Source: an uncultured Alphaproteobacteria bacterium (GTDB taxonomy: Bacteria; Pseudomonadota; Alphaproteobacteria; Rhizobiales; Xanthobacteraceae). From it: a stretch of 64,000 nucleotides of DNA. The notes under the pieces are model-generated. The model saw only the letters and a list, made by a program, of their open reading frames with translations. It was not told the origin of the DNA and did not search any database. Positions 9,287 to 19,375 of this stretch are shown piece by piece; the first letter of the stretch is position 1, and each line of letters begins with the position of its first letter. The position numbers were made by a program, and so were the translations under genes. The DNA is taken from contig CAVZHJ010000002.1 in the NCBI GenBank assembly GCA_963774995.1, positions 61,663 through 125,662 on the forward strand, given 5' to 3'.

Positions 9287-10708
9287 ATGGTCAACCGAAT
9301 GAAGTTCTATATCGACGGCGCCTGGGTCGATCCCGCCGTCAAGAAGTCGATACCGGTGGTGAATCCCGCCACCGAAGAGGCGATGTACGAGATCGCCGTT
9401 GGCTCGAAGGCCGACGTGGACAAGGCTGTCGCCGCCGCACGAAAGGCGTTCGAGACCTTCTCCGTGACCAGCCGCGACGAGCGCGTCGCACTGCTCACAA
9501 AGATCATCGACGTTTACAAGACCCGCGCGAAGGATATCGCCACCGCCATCTCCGACGAAATGGGCGCGCCGATGACGCTCGCCGAGCGCGCGCAGGCGGC
9601 TGCCGGCCTTGGCCACCTCGCGTCCACACTGCAGGTGCTGAAGGACTATCACTTCGAGGAGAAGGTGGGCTCGGCCACGGTCGTGCGCGAGGGCATCGGG
9701 GTGGTCGGAATGATCACGCCATGGAACTGGCCGCTCAACCAGATCGCCTGCAAGGTCGCGCCCGCGATCGCCGCCGGCTGCACCATGATCCTGAAGCCGT
9801 CGGAATTCACGCCGACCTCGGCATTGATTTTCGCCGAAGTGATGCATGAAGCCGGCGTACCGAAGGGCGTGTTCAACCTCGTCAACGGCCTCGGCCCCGA
9901 AGTCGGCGTCGCGATGAGCGAACACCCCGGCATCGACATGATCTCGTTCACCGGCTCGACCCGCGCCGGCATTGACGTCGCCAAGCGCGCGGCCAACACC
10001 GTCAAGCGCGTCAGCCAGGAGCTCGGCGGCAAGTCGCCGAACATCATTCTGGAGGACGCCGACTTCAACAAGGCGGTGACCGGCGGCGTCGCACATGTGT
10101 TCAACAACTCCGGCCAGTCCTGCAACGCGCCGACCCGCATGATCGTGCCGGCTGCGAAGATGAAGGAAGTGGCTGCGATAGCGAAGGGCGTCGCCGACAA
10201 GACCAAGGCGGGCGATCCCAAGGCCGAAGGCACCACTATCGGTCCCGTCGTCAATCGCACGCAGTGGGACAAGATCCAGGCGCTGATCAAGAAGGGCATC
10301 GACGAAGGTGCAACTCTGGTCGCCGGTGGCCCGGGCCTTCCTGAAGGCGTCAACAAAGGCTTCTACGTCCGCCCGACGGTGTTCGCCGACGTAACCAACG
10401 ACATGACGATCGCGCGCGAAGAAATCTTCGGACCGGTCATCACGATCCTCGGTGCGAAGAACGAAGCGGAGGCGGTGCAGATTGCCAACGACACGCCGTA
10501 CGGCCTCGCCGGTTACGTCTCCGCCGGCTCGGTGGAGAGCGCCACGCGCGTCGGCCGCCAGATCCGTGCCGGCAACGTCAACCTCAACGGCGTTCCGAAC
10601 GAGCGCACCGCCCCGTTCGGCGGGTACAAGCAGTCCGGCAACGGTCGCGAGTGGGGCAAGTACGGCCTCGAGGATTTCCTCGAAGTGAAGGCCATCGCCG
10701 GCGCGTAA
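9287..10708 (+). CDS. Aldehyde dehydrogenase family protein
   Basis: ITPWNWP, SFTGS, ELGGKSP, NSGQSC (catalytic Cys), EEIFGPV, PFGGYKQSG. Confidence 0.96.
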   Translation: MVNRMKFYIDGAWVDPAVKKSIPVVNPATEEAMYEIAVGSKADVDKAVAAARKAFETFSVTSRDERVALLTKIIDVYKTRAKDIATAISDEMGAPMTLAERAQAAAGLGHLASTLQVLKDYHFEEKVGSATVVREGIGVVGMITPWNWPLNQIACKVAPAIAAGCTMILKPSEFTPTSALIFAEVMHEAGVPKGVFNLVNGLGPEVGVAMSEHPGIDMISFTGSTRAGIDVAKRAANTVKRVSQELGGKSPNIILEDADFNKAVTGGVAHVFNNSGQSCNAPTRMIVPAAKMKEVAAIAKGVADKTKAGDPKAEGTTIGPVVNRTQWDKIQALIKKGIDEGATLVAGGPGLPEGVNKGFYVRPTVFADVTNDMTIAREEIFGPVITILGAKNEAEAVQIANDTPYGLAGYVSAGSVESATRVGRQIRAGNVNLNGVPNERTAPFGGYKQSGNGREWGKYGLEDFLEVKAIAGA

Positions 10709-10732
10709 GCCGGTCCGCATCAATAATCAGCG

Positions 10733-10765
10733 AACGCCGGGGCCCTGCCCCGGCGTTTTGCTTTT
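10733..10765 (+). terminator. Rho-independent terminator after the ALDH gene
   Basis: 10-bp stem aacgccgggg/ccccggcgtt followed by ttgctttt. Confidence 0.7.
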
Positions 10766-10854
10766 GACGCATGCGTCGCAGTCCGCATCACCTGTTGATC
10801 GCCGATCCTTCGTTCACTACAACTTCAAATTGAAGGGGCGTGGGACGGGGCTAC

Positions 10855-11352
10855 ATGCGATATGGACGTATTCTTGTGATCCTGGCGCTGGTTGCGCCGG
10901 GGCTTGCGGCGTGCGCGACACCGCAGCCGATAACCGTTGTCGGCATCGCAACCCCCAGCCTCAAATACCGGAATGCGATGGCGATCCGTTCAGTCGCCGG
11001 TGGCCAGCATATGAACATATTGACGATGGTGGGAGTTGCCAACGAGCCCTTCCAGGCGGCGCTCGAGACCACGCTTGCGGCCAACGGCTTTCTTGCACAG
11101 TCCGGTCCGCCAAAATTTCAGGTTGATGCCGAGATCAAGCATCTGGAGCAACCGCTGATCGGGCTTGATATGGATGTGGTGGCAGAAGTTACCTACAATG
11201 TCGCCGGTGCTGGTGGAGCCGCGACCTACCCTGTAAGAAGCAAAGGTAGCGCGACATTCTCGGATTTACCCGCGGGCGCCGAGCGCTTGCGCATCGCGAA
11301 CGAGCGCGCAATGCACGAGAACATCAAGCAGTTTCTACAGGGGTTGCGCTGA
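10855..11352 (+). CDS. Hypothetical lipoprotein
   Basis: Signal peptide II with lipobox GLAAC. Confidence 0.75.
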   Translation: MRYGRILVILALVAPGLAACATPQPITVVGIATPSLKYRNAMAIRSVAGGQHMNILTMVGVANEPFQAALETTLAANGFLAQSGPPKFQVDAEIKHLEQPLIGLDMDVVAEVTYNVAGAGGAATYPVRSKGSATFSDLPAGAERLRIANERAMHENIKQFLQGLR

Positions 11353-11568
11353 ATTTGTGAAGACGGGGCAGCGGGCCCTGCCGCGTCGTTTGCTTTAGAC
11401 AGCACAGGCAACGATCCGGAAAAGGTCTCCCCAAGACGGTACTGCAGCGCTACGACCCCGTTTCTTGTCATTCCGTGCAAGCGTCACGCTCCGGGCTCTC
11501 GCAATCCTCGACCTGAGGCCGCATAATCCTGCAAAGCCCGGCGATCGATCGGGGCGCGGGAGGACGTC

Positions 11569-12777
11569 ATGAGCCTGAAGATCAGAGCCGTCGATCTGCT
11601 GTCGTGCGATGCCGGCTGGCGCAACTATCACTTCGTCAAGATCACAACCGATGGCGGCATCATCGGCTGGAGCGAGTTCGACGAGGGTTTTGGCGCGCCC
11701 GGCGTTGCCGCTGCGATCCAGCGGCTCTCGACCCGCGTGATCGGCCAGAATGCCAGCCATCATGAGCGGATCTTCGCCGAGCTTTACGCCGCGACCCGCC
11801 CGGCCGCGGGCGGCGTGGTCGCGCTGGCGATCGGCGCGATCGAGAACGCGCTGCTCGATGCGAAGGCCAAACATCTCGGCATCCCCTGCTACGAACTGCT
11901 CGGCGGAAAAATCCGCGACAGCATCCGTGTCTACTGGTCGCACTGTGCGACCTGGCGCATCAATCATCCCGACTGGTTCAAGCCCGCGATCACCGACCTC
12001 GACGGCGTCAAGGCGATCGGGCGCGAAGTCCGCGAGAAGAAATTCACGGCGCTGAAGACCAACATCTTCACCTACACCGATGGAAAGCCGAAAGGCTGGC
12101 GGCCGGGCTTCGGCGTTCCGTTCGAGCCCGAACTCAACGTCGACCGGAAAGTGCTGCGCGACCTTCGCATGCATCTCGAGGCAATCCGCGACGGCGCAGG
12201 CCCCGACGTCGATATCCTGCTCGACCTCAACTTCAACGCCAAGACCGAGGGCTATCTCAAAATCCTGCGCGAGATCGCCGATCTCGACATGTTCTGGATC
12301 GAGATCGACAGCTACAACCCGCAGGCGCTGGGCTACATCCGCCGGCACAGCCCGCACCCGATCTCCTCATGCGAGACGCTGCTGGGCCTGCGCGAGTTCA
12401 AGCCCTACTTCGTGGAGCAGGCGATGGACGTCGCCATCATCGACACGCCCTGGAACGGTGTCTGGCAGTCGATGAAGATCGCGAACGCCGCCGAAGCCTA
12501 CGAGGTCAACGTCGCACCGCATAATTTCTACGGCCACCTCTGCACGATGATGAACGCGCATTTCAGCGCAGCCGTACCGAACCTGCGCATCATGGAAACG
12601 GACATCGATCGCCTCGCATGGGATCACGAGCTGTTCACGCACGTGCCGGAATTCGTCGACGGCTACCTGATCCTGCCGGATCGTCCCGGCTGGGGCACAG
12701 AGCCGAACGAGGAAGGCCTTCGCGCGCATCCGCCGAAGGGACAAGGCGGATTGCTGAATTACGGCAGGAAGCCGTAG
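11569..12777 (+). CDS. Mandelate racemase / muconate lactonizing enzyme (enolase superfamily), dehydratase-like
   Basis: AIENALLDAKAK-LG-P-YELLGG, metal ligands in DLNFN / WIE / CE, PHN. Confidence 0.9.
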   Translation: MSLKIRAVDLLSCDAGWRNYHFVKITTDGGIIGWSEFDEGFGAPGVAAAIQRLSTRVIGQNASHHERIFAELYAATRPAAGGVVALAIGAIENALLDAKAKHLGIPCYELLGGKIRDSIRVYWSHCATWRINHPDWFKPAITDLDGVKAIGREVREKKFTALKTNIFTYTDGKPKGWRPGFGVPFEPELNVDRKVLRDLRMHLEAIRDGAGPDVDILLDLNFNAKTEGYLKILREIADLDMFWIEIDSYNPQALGYIRRHSPHPISSCETLLGLREFKPYFVEQAMDVAIIDTPWNGVWQSMKIANAAEAYEVNVAPHNFYGHLCTMMNAHFSAAVPNLRIMETDIDRLAWDHELFTHVPEFVDGYLILPDRPGWGTEPNEEGLRAHPPKGQGGLLNYGRKP

Positions 12778-13012
12778 CCGGCTGCCAGCCGCGACCGGTG
12801 AAATTTCGCAATCGGTTCCGACAGTTCACGGGCGCCGCGGCTTCGGGGGGCGGGGAAGGACCCGCGCCGGATGCGGGCGGGCCTGCGCTTATTGTCACTT
12901 GCGCTTTTCCGCCATGAATAGAAAACTCACCGCAAACAACAGCTTGGCTGGCCAGTTTCGCGGCGCGATACGTGTCCGGACGGCGGCCCGAGGAAACGTG
13001 GAGACGCTCTCG

Positions 13013-14668
13013 ATGACCCAACCGCAACGCGATGCAGCCACTGCGGCGAAGAGTTACGACGTGATCGTCGTCGGTGCCGGCTTTGCCGGCATGTATCTGC
13101 TGCATCGCCTGCGCGGTCTCGGCCTCTCGGTCCGCGTGTTCGAGCAGGGAACGGACGTCGGCGGCACCTGGTACTGGAACCGCTATCCCGGCGCGCGCTG
13201 CGACATCGAGAGCATGCAGTATTCCTATTCGTTCTCGAACGAGTTGCAGCAGGAATGGGAGTGGACCGAACGTTTCGCCGCCCAGCCCGAAATCCTGAAA
13301 TACGCCAACCACGTCGCCGACCGTTTCAACCTGCGCTCCGACATCCAGTTCAATACGCGCGTCGCCTCGACCGTGTTCAACGAAGATACCGACCGCTGGA
13401 CGGTGACGACCGACGACGGCAAGCGTTATTCCGCGCACCATGTCGTCATGGCGACCGGCTCGCTCTCCAACGCCCGCACCCCGGATTTCAAGGGACTGTC
13501 CAGCTTCAAGGGCAAGACCTACCACACCGGCCACTGGCCGCATGAAGGCGTGGACTTCACCGGCCTGCGTGTCGGCGTGGTCGGCACCGGCTCATCCGCG
13601 ATCCAGTCGATCCCGGTGATCGCCGAACAGGCGAAGCACGTCACCGTGTTTCAGCGCACGCCGAACTTCTCGATCCCCGCGCGCAACCACGACCTGACGG
13701 ACGAGTATCAGCAAACCTGGAAGCGGGATTATCCGGAACTGCGACGCCGCGCGCGCGAGGAAACCCGCAACGGCGTGGTCGGCGCGATGCCGACCAAGGG
13801 CGCGCTCGAAGACAGCCCTGAGGAACGTCGCAAGGTCTATGACGAAGAGTGGGGGCGCGGCGGCCTGCACTTCATGGCGTCCTATAACAACCTCGCGCTC
13901 GACAAGGCGGCCAACGACACCGCGGCGGAATATGTGCGTGTCAAAATCGCGGAGATGGTGAAAGACCCCGAGGTTGCGAAGGCGTTGCAGCCGACCACCT
14001 ATCCGCTCGGCACCAAGCGCATCTGTCTCGACACGGACTATTACGAGACCTTCAATCGCGATAACGTCACGCTGGTCGACATCCGCAATGCGCCGATCGA
14101 GGAAATGACGCCGAAGGGCCTCATCACCGGCGGCAAGGAATACGAATTCGATGCAATCGTCTTCGCGACCGGGTTCGATGCGATGACCGGCTCGTTTGCC
14201 AAGATCGATATTCGCGGCCGCAGCGGTGTGACGTTGAAAGAGACGTGGGCCGAGGGTCCAAAGACCTATCTCGGGTTGATGGTCACCGGCTTCCCGAACC
14301 TGTTCTTCGTCACCGGCCCCGGCAGCCCGTCGGTGCTGTCGAACATGATCGTCTCGATCGAGCAGCACGTCGACTGGATCACCGAATGCCTCGCCTACCT
14401 GCGCAAGAAGGGCATCGGCGCGATGGAAGCGACGCGAGGGGCGGAAGACAACTGGGTCGCGCACGTCAACGAAGTCGCTTACAAGACGCTCTATCCGCAG
14501 GCCAACTCCTGGTACATGGGCGCGAACATTCCCGGCAAGCCGCAGGTGTTCATGCCTTATATCGGCGGCGTTCAGGTCTATCGGCAGATCTGCAATGATG
14601 TGGTGGCCAGGAACTATGAGGGCTTCGCGATGACGCCTGCGAGGCAGGCCGCAACGGCAGCGGAATGA
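13013..14668 (+). CDS. Type I Baeyer-Villiger monooxygenase (cyclohexanone monooxygenase-like)
   Basis: GAGFAG, GGTWYWNRYPGARCD, fingerprint FKGKTYHTGHWP, GTGSSA, ATGF. Confidence 0.95.
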   Translation: MTQPQRDAATAAKSYDVIVVGAGFAGMYLLHRLRGLGLSVRVFEQGTDVGGTWYWNRYPGARCDIESMQYSYSFSNELQQEWEWTERFAAQPEILKYANHVADRFNLRSDIQFNTRVASTVFNEDTDRWTVTTDDGKRYSAHHVVMATGSLSNARTPDFKGLSSFKGKTYHTGHWPHEGVDFTGLRVGVVGTGSSAIQSIPVIAEQAKHVTVFQRTPNFSIPARNHDLTDEYQQTWKRDYPELRRRAREETRNGVVGAMPTKGALEDSPEERRKVYDEEWGRGGLHFMASYNNLALDKAANDTAAEYVRVKIAEMVKDPEVAKALQPTTYPLGTKRICLDTDYYETFNRDNVTLVDIRNAPIEEMTPKGLITGGKEYEFDAIVFATGFDAMTGSFAKIDIRGRSGVTLKETWAEGPKTYLGLMVTGFPNLFFVTGPGSPSVLSNMIVSIEQHVDWITECLAYLRKKGIGAMEATRGAEDNWVAHVNEVAYKTLYPQANSWYMGANIPGKPQVFMPYIGGVQVYRQICNDVVARNYEGFAMTPARQAATAAE

Positions 14669-15033
14669 TCGAGCAACTCGCAGATAGGGTGAATGCCAAC
14701 GCGGCGCTGGTACGGCGCGGGCAATATCTCGACACGACGTTTCTGCTGCAGGTCGGCTCCGACGGCTGGCTGGTCACCGTCGAGAAGGGACGCATCGCGT
14801 CGGTCGCGCGCGAAGGGCTTCCGCTCGTCAGTCACGCGTTCGCGCTGCGCGCATCCCGGGAGGCCTGGGCCGAGTTCTGGCAACGAATTCCGAAGCCCGG
14901 CTTTCACGACCTGATTGCGCTCACGAAATTCCGCCACCTGAAGGTCGACGGCGACATCAGGGTCTTCATGTCGCATCTGCGCTATTTCAAGGAAGTCCTC
15001 GCCTCGCTCCGCAACACCGAGGTCCGCGCATGA
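14665..15033 (+). CDS. Small hypothetical protein, possibly SCP2/sterol-carrier-like fold
   Basis: ATGA-coupled to both neighbours; C-terminal LKVDGD...FM pattern resembles SCP2 domains. Confidence 0.7.
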   Translation: MIEQLADRVNANAALVRRGQYLDTTFLLQVGSDGWLVTVEKGRIASVAREGLPLVSHAFALRASREAWAEFWQRIPKPGFHDLIALTKFRHLKVDGDIRVFMSHLRYFKEVLASLRNTEVRA

Positions 15034-15899
15034 CACCGCGTTTCGAACCGGTCACCGGCCGCTACATGCATCTGGACATGCTTGGCCGTCCGCACCGGCT
15101 GTACATCGAGGAGGCGGGCAAAGGCATTCCCCTGCTCTGCCTGCACACCGCAGGCTCCGACGGCCGACAGTATCGCGGCCTGATGAACGATCTGCGGGTC
15201 ACAGAGAATTTTCGCGTCATTGCCTTCGACATGCCATGGCACGGCAAGTCGTCACCACCCGCCGGCTGGCATGACGAGGAGTACAAGCTCACCTCACGCG
15301 ACTATGTCGCGATGATCCTCGAGGTGACGGCCGCACTCGAACTCGACCATCCCGTCGTGATGGGCTGCTCGATCGGCGGTCGCATCGCGCTACATCTCGC
15401 GCTCGACCATCCGGAGAAATTCCGCGCCATCATCGGCCTGCAGGCCGGCGCGCATGCCGAGCCCTACTATGACCTCAGCTATCTGCATCGCCCGGATGTG
15501 CATGGCGGCGAAATCTGCGGCGCACTGATCTCGGGCCTGATCGGACCGAATTCGCCAGACGCCGAACGCTGGGAAACCCAGTGGCATTACATGCAAGGCG
15601 GTCCCGGCGTGTTCAAGGGCGACCTGCATTTCTACACGCGTGACGGCGACGTGCGCGACCGGGTGGCAAAGATCGACACGACGAAATGCCCGCTGTTCCT
15701 GCTCACCGGCGAGTATGACTATTCCTGCACGCCGGAAGATACGCTCGCGATCGCGCGCAGCGTGAAGGGCGCGGAAGCGACCATCATGAAGGGCATGGGC
15801 CATTTTCCCATGAGCGAGGATCCGGCGGGTTTTCTCGAATACCTGTTGCCGGTCCTTAACCGCATCAACGGCGGCGAGCGGCGTTCGTCGGCCGCTTGA
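15030..15899 (+). CDS. Alpha/beta hydrolase (possible ester/lactone hydrolase)
   Basis: LHTAG, DMPWHGKS, nucleophile elbow GCSIGG, GEYD, GHFP. Confidence 0.9.
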   Translation: MTPRFEPVTGRYMHLDMLGRPHRLYIEEAGKGIPLLCLHTAGSDGRQYRGLMNDLRVTENFRVIAFDMPWHGKSSPPAGWHDEEYKLTSRDYVAMILEVTAALELDHPVVMGCSIGGRIALHLALDHPEKFRAIIGLQAGAHAEPYYDLSYLHRPDVHGGEICGALISGLIGPNSPDAERWETQWHYMQGGPGVFKGDLHFYTRDGDVRDRVAKIDTTKCPLFLLTGEYDYSCTPEDTLAIARSVKGAEATIMKGMGHFPMSEDPAGFLEYLLPVLNRINGGERRSSAA

Positions 15900-15974
15900 G
15901 CGGCCAGCCGCCGCGGCCTAAGCTTCCCTCAACGGCAGACGTTCCGATGAAGCGAGGCTGAGGGAGGACGCATC

Positions 15975-16970
15975 ATGACCGCCAACCGACAGATCCTGCT
16001 GGTCGAAAAGCCTCAAGGCAAACTCGGCTCCCGGCATTTCAAGCTCGTGCAAGGCACGGTACCTGAGCCGAAGGACGGCGAAGTCCTGGTGCGGGTGCTC
16101 TACATTTCCCTCGATGCCGCCAACCGTGCCTGGATGCACGGCGCGACCTATCGCTCTGCGGTCGAGGCGAACACCGTGATGGCCGGCGGCGGTCTCGCGG
16201 AAATCGTCGCGTCGAAAGCGCCGGGCTTTGCGAAGGGCGATCTCGTGTTCGCCGATACGGGCTGGCAGGATTACGCATCTCTGCCTGCCGGGCAGTTGAT
16301 CAAGATCCCGCGGATCGAACCACTGACTTATCTTCTGAGCGTCTATGGCATCGCCGGGCTGACGGCCTATTTCGGACTGCTGCATATCGGTCGCCCGCAA
16401 TCGGGCGAGACCGTTGTCGTCTCTGCCGCGGCAGGCTCGGTCGGATCGATCGTCGGACAGATCGCCAAGCTTAAAGGTTGTCATGTCGTCGGCATCGCCG
16501 GCGGCGCCGACAAGTGCAACTGGCTGAAGAGCGAACTCGGCTTCGATGCGGCGGTCGACTACAAGGCCGAACCCGTGTTCAAGGCGCTGCGGGCGGCGGC
16601 GCCCAAAGGCATTGACGTCTACTTCGACAATGTCGGCGGCGACATTCTGGAAGCGTGCATCGCACAGATGAACGTCCGCGGCCGTATCGCCTGCTGCGGC
16701 GCGATCTCGCAATATGACGGCGTGCCGTCGGCGACCGGACCGCGTGGCGTCCCGGGCCTGATTGTCGTCAAGCGTCTCATCATGCAGGGTTTCATCGTCA
16801 CCGACTTCAACGACCAGCGCGACACGGCGCTGGCCGACCTGCAGGCCTGGGTGGCGTCGGGGAAAATCAGGGTCCAGGAAGACATCGTCGCCGGGTTGGA
16901 AAACACGCCGGCGGCGCTGATCGGCCTGCTTGCCGGAGAGAACCGCGGCAAGCGCATGGTGAAGGTTTAA
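15975..16970 (+). CDS. NADP-dependent oxidoreductase (PTGR/CurA-like MDR)
   Basis: GLTAYFGL, VVSAAAGSVG, GIDVYFDNVGG, CGAISQY. Confidence 0.93.
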   Translation: MTANRQILLVEKPQGKLGSRHFKLVQGTVPEPKDGEVLVRVLYISLDAANRAWMHGATYRSAVEANTVMAGGGLAEIVASKAPGFAKGDLVFADTGWQDYASLPAGQLIKIPRIEPLTYLLSVYGIAGLTAYFGLLHIGRPQSGETVVVSAAAGSVGSIVGQIAKLKGCHVVGIAGGADKCNWLKSELGFDAAVDYKAEPVFKALRAAAPKGIDVYFDNVGGDILEACIAQMNVRGRIACCGAISQYDGVPSATGPRGVPGLIVVKRLIMQGFIVTDFNDQRDTALADLQAWVASGKIRVQEDIVAGLENTPAALIGLLAGENRGKRMVKV

Positions 16971-17127
16971 ACCGTCATTGCGAGCGAAGCGCAGCAATCC
17001 AGAGCGGCGAAGAAAGACTGGATTGCATCGTTGCCCATAGGCGAGCGAAGCGACGCCGTTCTTCGAACGGCTAGGGGCGAGCGAAGCGACGCCGTTCTTC
17101 GAACGGCTATGCCTCGCAATGACGGTT
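16970..17127. repeat. CGTC-type palindromic repeat with a nested, tandemly duplicated insert
   Basis: 15-bp IR aaccgtcattgcgag 16970-16984 / ctcgcaatgacggtt 17113-17127; inner gcaatcc/ggattgc; 34-bp direct repeat at 17040-17073 and 17076-17109. Confidence 0.85.
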
Positions 17128-17142
17128 GTAGCTGGCGCAGCC

Positions 17143-18345
17143 TTACTGCGTCGCTTCGGCGGGAATGCTGCCGACATAGCCGGACACCAGCACAAGCCCG
17201 CTGACCTTGTCGCGCAGGGCGAAGATGAATGGCTTGTCGACCGACAGCTTGTCCTCGTTCAGCTTCAAGCGGATTGACGCGGTGCGCGTCGTGACCGCGG
17301 TCGCAGCTGCAGCTTCCGTGCCCTGCTCATTGATGCCGAGGAACACCTTCTGGACCACCGAAGACATGTCGATGCGGTCGGGCGACAGTCGCGAGAACGC
17401 CGTCGGGCTGAAGCGAGCCTGCTTCAAGCCGGCCGCATCCAGTGCCGGGAGAAGTTCCGCGCCCTGCTTCAGCGTAAAGCGCGGCATCCGCAGATCGACA
17501 TCGGTCTCGGCGAAATTTTCGCCGGTCAGCCAGTTCGAGATGCTGGCGAAATCCTGCATGCTGGCCGGCTTGTTGCGCGAGGTGGCGATCACGAGCGCGA
17601 AGCGACCCGCCTTGTAGCGTAGATCGACCGCCGCGAACTGCTGATTGGAACGGAACGGCAGGCTGATCTTGCCGTGCATCATCGCAACGTCGCTCTGCTT
17701 GCCGTCGAATTCCTGGAACACCGCCGGGCGTGTCTGCGATTTCTCGAACGCTGTCGCCCAGTCGGACTTGAAGTAGAGCGCGTTCAGGATGACCAGGTTG
17801 GCGTCGGTCGAACCGTTGTCGATGATCGAGGGAATGCGGTTGCGCGTTTTCGCCGCCACCCAGTCGTTGATGCCCTTCACGGTCGACGGCTCGGACAATG
17901 CCTTCTGCGAGACCTCCGCGCCGGTCGCGCGCATGCGGCCGAGCAGGTCGGGAACCAGCCGCAGTTTTGGATCGAACACGGCGGCATTGGCGAAGACGAA
18001 TGTCGAACCGTCGCTGCCGGCGCGATTGAGGCCGGTGATCTCCTGGCGCAGATTGGCGAAGTCGGTCGCCGCATCGACGCTGTTGTCGAATCCGAGCACG
18101 CGCCGCGCGGCGTCGCGGAATTTATCATCGGTGCCGACATCCAGCAGAGCCATCGCCGCGGCGACACCGGCCGGCGAAACGATCGCCGTCTCGCCCGGAC
18201 GCGTCTGCAGGCGCTCGACCAGACTGGTCGACAGCCTGACCTGCGCCGAAAGGATCCGGTCCGACACCTCCGGCGCGGCATTTGCCGCCGTCGCCACCAG
18301 CAGCGCCAGCGCGCTCACCGCGGCTCGAACAGACCGGACACTCAT
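17143..18345 (-). CDS. Secreted serpin (serine protease inhibitor) family protein
   Basis: Signal peptide ending ANA-A; IVSP, INDWVAAKTRNRI, ILNALYFKSDW, MPRF, hinge NEQGTEAAAAT, VDKPFIF. Confidence 0.93.
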   Translation of the reverse strand: MSVRSVRAAVSALALLVATAANAAPEVSDRILSAQVRLSTSLVERLQTRPGETAIVSPAGVAAAMALLDVGTDDKFRDAARRVLGFDNSVDAATDFANLRQEITGLNRAGSDGSTFVFANAAVFDPKLRLVPDLLGRMRATGAEVSQKALSEPSTVKGINDWVAAKTRNRIPSIIDNGSTDANLVILNALYFKSDWATAFEKSQTRPAVFQEFDGKQSDVAMMHGKISLPFRSNQQFAAVDLRYKAGRFALVIATSRNKPASMQDFASISNWLTGENFAETDVDLRMPRFTLKQGAELLPALDAAGLKQARFSPTAFSRLSPDRIDMSSVVQKVFLGINEQGTEAAAATAVTTRTASIRLKLNEDKLSVDKPFIFALRDKVSGLVLVSGYVGSIPAEATQ

Positions 18346-18558
18346 CGTCGACTCCTGAAGTTCTTGTCCGCCTGGCGCATCGCGCGCCGCGGATCGAAGC
18401 CCGGAAGACATTTCGGGCGCGATTTGTCCTTCGTTGGTCGGACGCGCAGAGCGCCTGGTTCAACCAACTGAGAACACTTTGCTATTGCAATGAGGTGCAA
18501 GTCACGCCGGATCAGGATCCAGCCGGGAATCGCAACCGTCCAGCCTTTGACGACGGTA

Positions 18559-18747
18559 TCAGGAGATTGCCTGTGCCCTGATTCGCAGGAACAGCGGCCG
18601 GCCTTCGACCAGGAATTTGGCGACTTTCGCGCTGCGCGGCGCCGCCCGGCTTGCGGAGGCCTGCTTCGTCTGCGCGGCCTTCGCCCTCGCTGCGAGCAAC
18701 GACTCGGTGATCGCGAGCAATGCCGTAACGGTTGAACGAGGCTTCAT
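18559..18747 (-). CDS. Small hypothetical protein
   Basis: ATG preceded by GGAGGA (minus strand); 62 aa Ala/Lys/Arg-rich; no recognisable motif. Confidence 0.45.
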   Translation of the reverse strand: MKPRSTVTALLAITESLLAARAKAAQTKQASASRAAPRSAKVAKFLVEGRPLFLRIRAQAIS

Positions 18748-18821
18748 CGGCGTATCCTCCGGCTCATATCCGGCAAGATAGGCACTCTTGATTCGGCGTG
18801 CTGTGAGGTGTGTCACTTTGG

Positions 18822-19181
18822 TCAGGACACGGACTTCGCCGTCATCTCGGCGTAGACCTGAATCCAGAAGATCGCATAAGCGAAGGTCGCAAAGCCGGCG
18901 AGGCAGGCGGCGACGCCCAGCGCCTTGCCTTTGACCGCGAGAATGAACGCCGGGATCGTGAAGGGAATCTCCAGCAGCATGATCGCAGCGCTGACGGCTA
19001 CGAACTCCATGCCGTCGCCTTGCGGGTTCATCTGACGGACGATGAATGCCGTCAGGACGACGATGAACATCATTTGCGCTGCGGTGAGCAGCAGCAAGGC
19101 TATACGCAAGGCTCCGTTGGGTGCGGGAATCTCTTGAACTGCGGCGTCAGACACCCTGGTGTCTCCGGTTGATGGGCTCAT
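18822..19181 (-). CDS. Hypothetical membrane protein (3 TM)
   Basis: Three hydrophobic segments, GDGMEF loop; start uncertain. Confidence 0.7.
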   Translation of the reverse strand: MSPSTGDTRVSDAAVQEIPAPNGALRIALLLLTAAQMMFIVVLTAFIVRQMNPQGDGMEFVAVSAAIMLLEIPFTIPAFILAVKGKALGVAACLAGFATFAYAIFWIQVYAEMTAKSVS

Positions 19182-19375
19182 GTTGGCAATTCGTCGCCGT
19201 CCGCGCGAATTGGTTCGAATTGTTCGAATGCCCGCAGGCTTTGCGTCGCCTCTGCGACGAGCCGTGCGACATCCTGCCACTCTCTGTGACAGCAATCACA
19301 TTCTGAACATTGCAGACCTGCGACCGTAGCGTTCGGCACAAACCATTGCCGCTCTCCTTGAACTTGGAGAACACA

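Noticed and set aside
17040-17109. 34-bp direct repeats as a mini CRISPR array
   Set aside because: Only two copies, separated by 2 bp with no spacer, embedded in a REP-like palindrome, and no cas genes in the window
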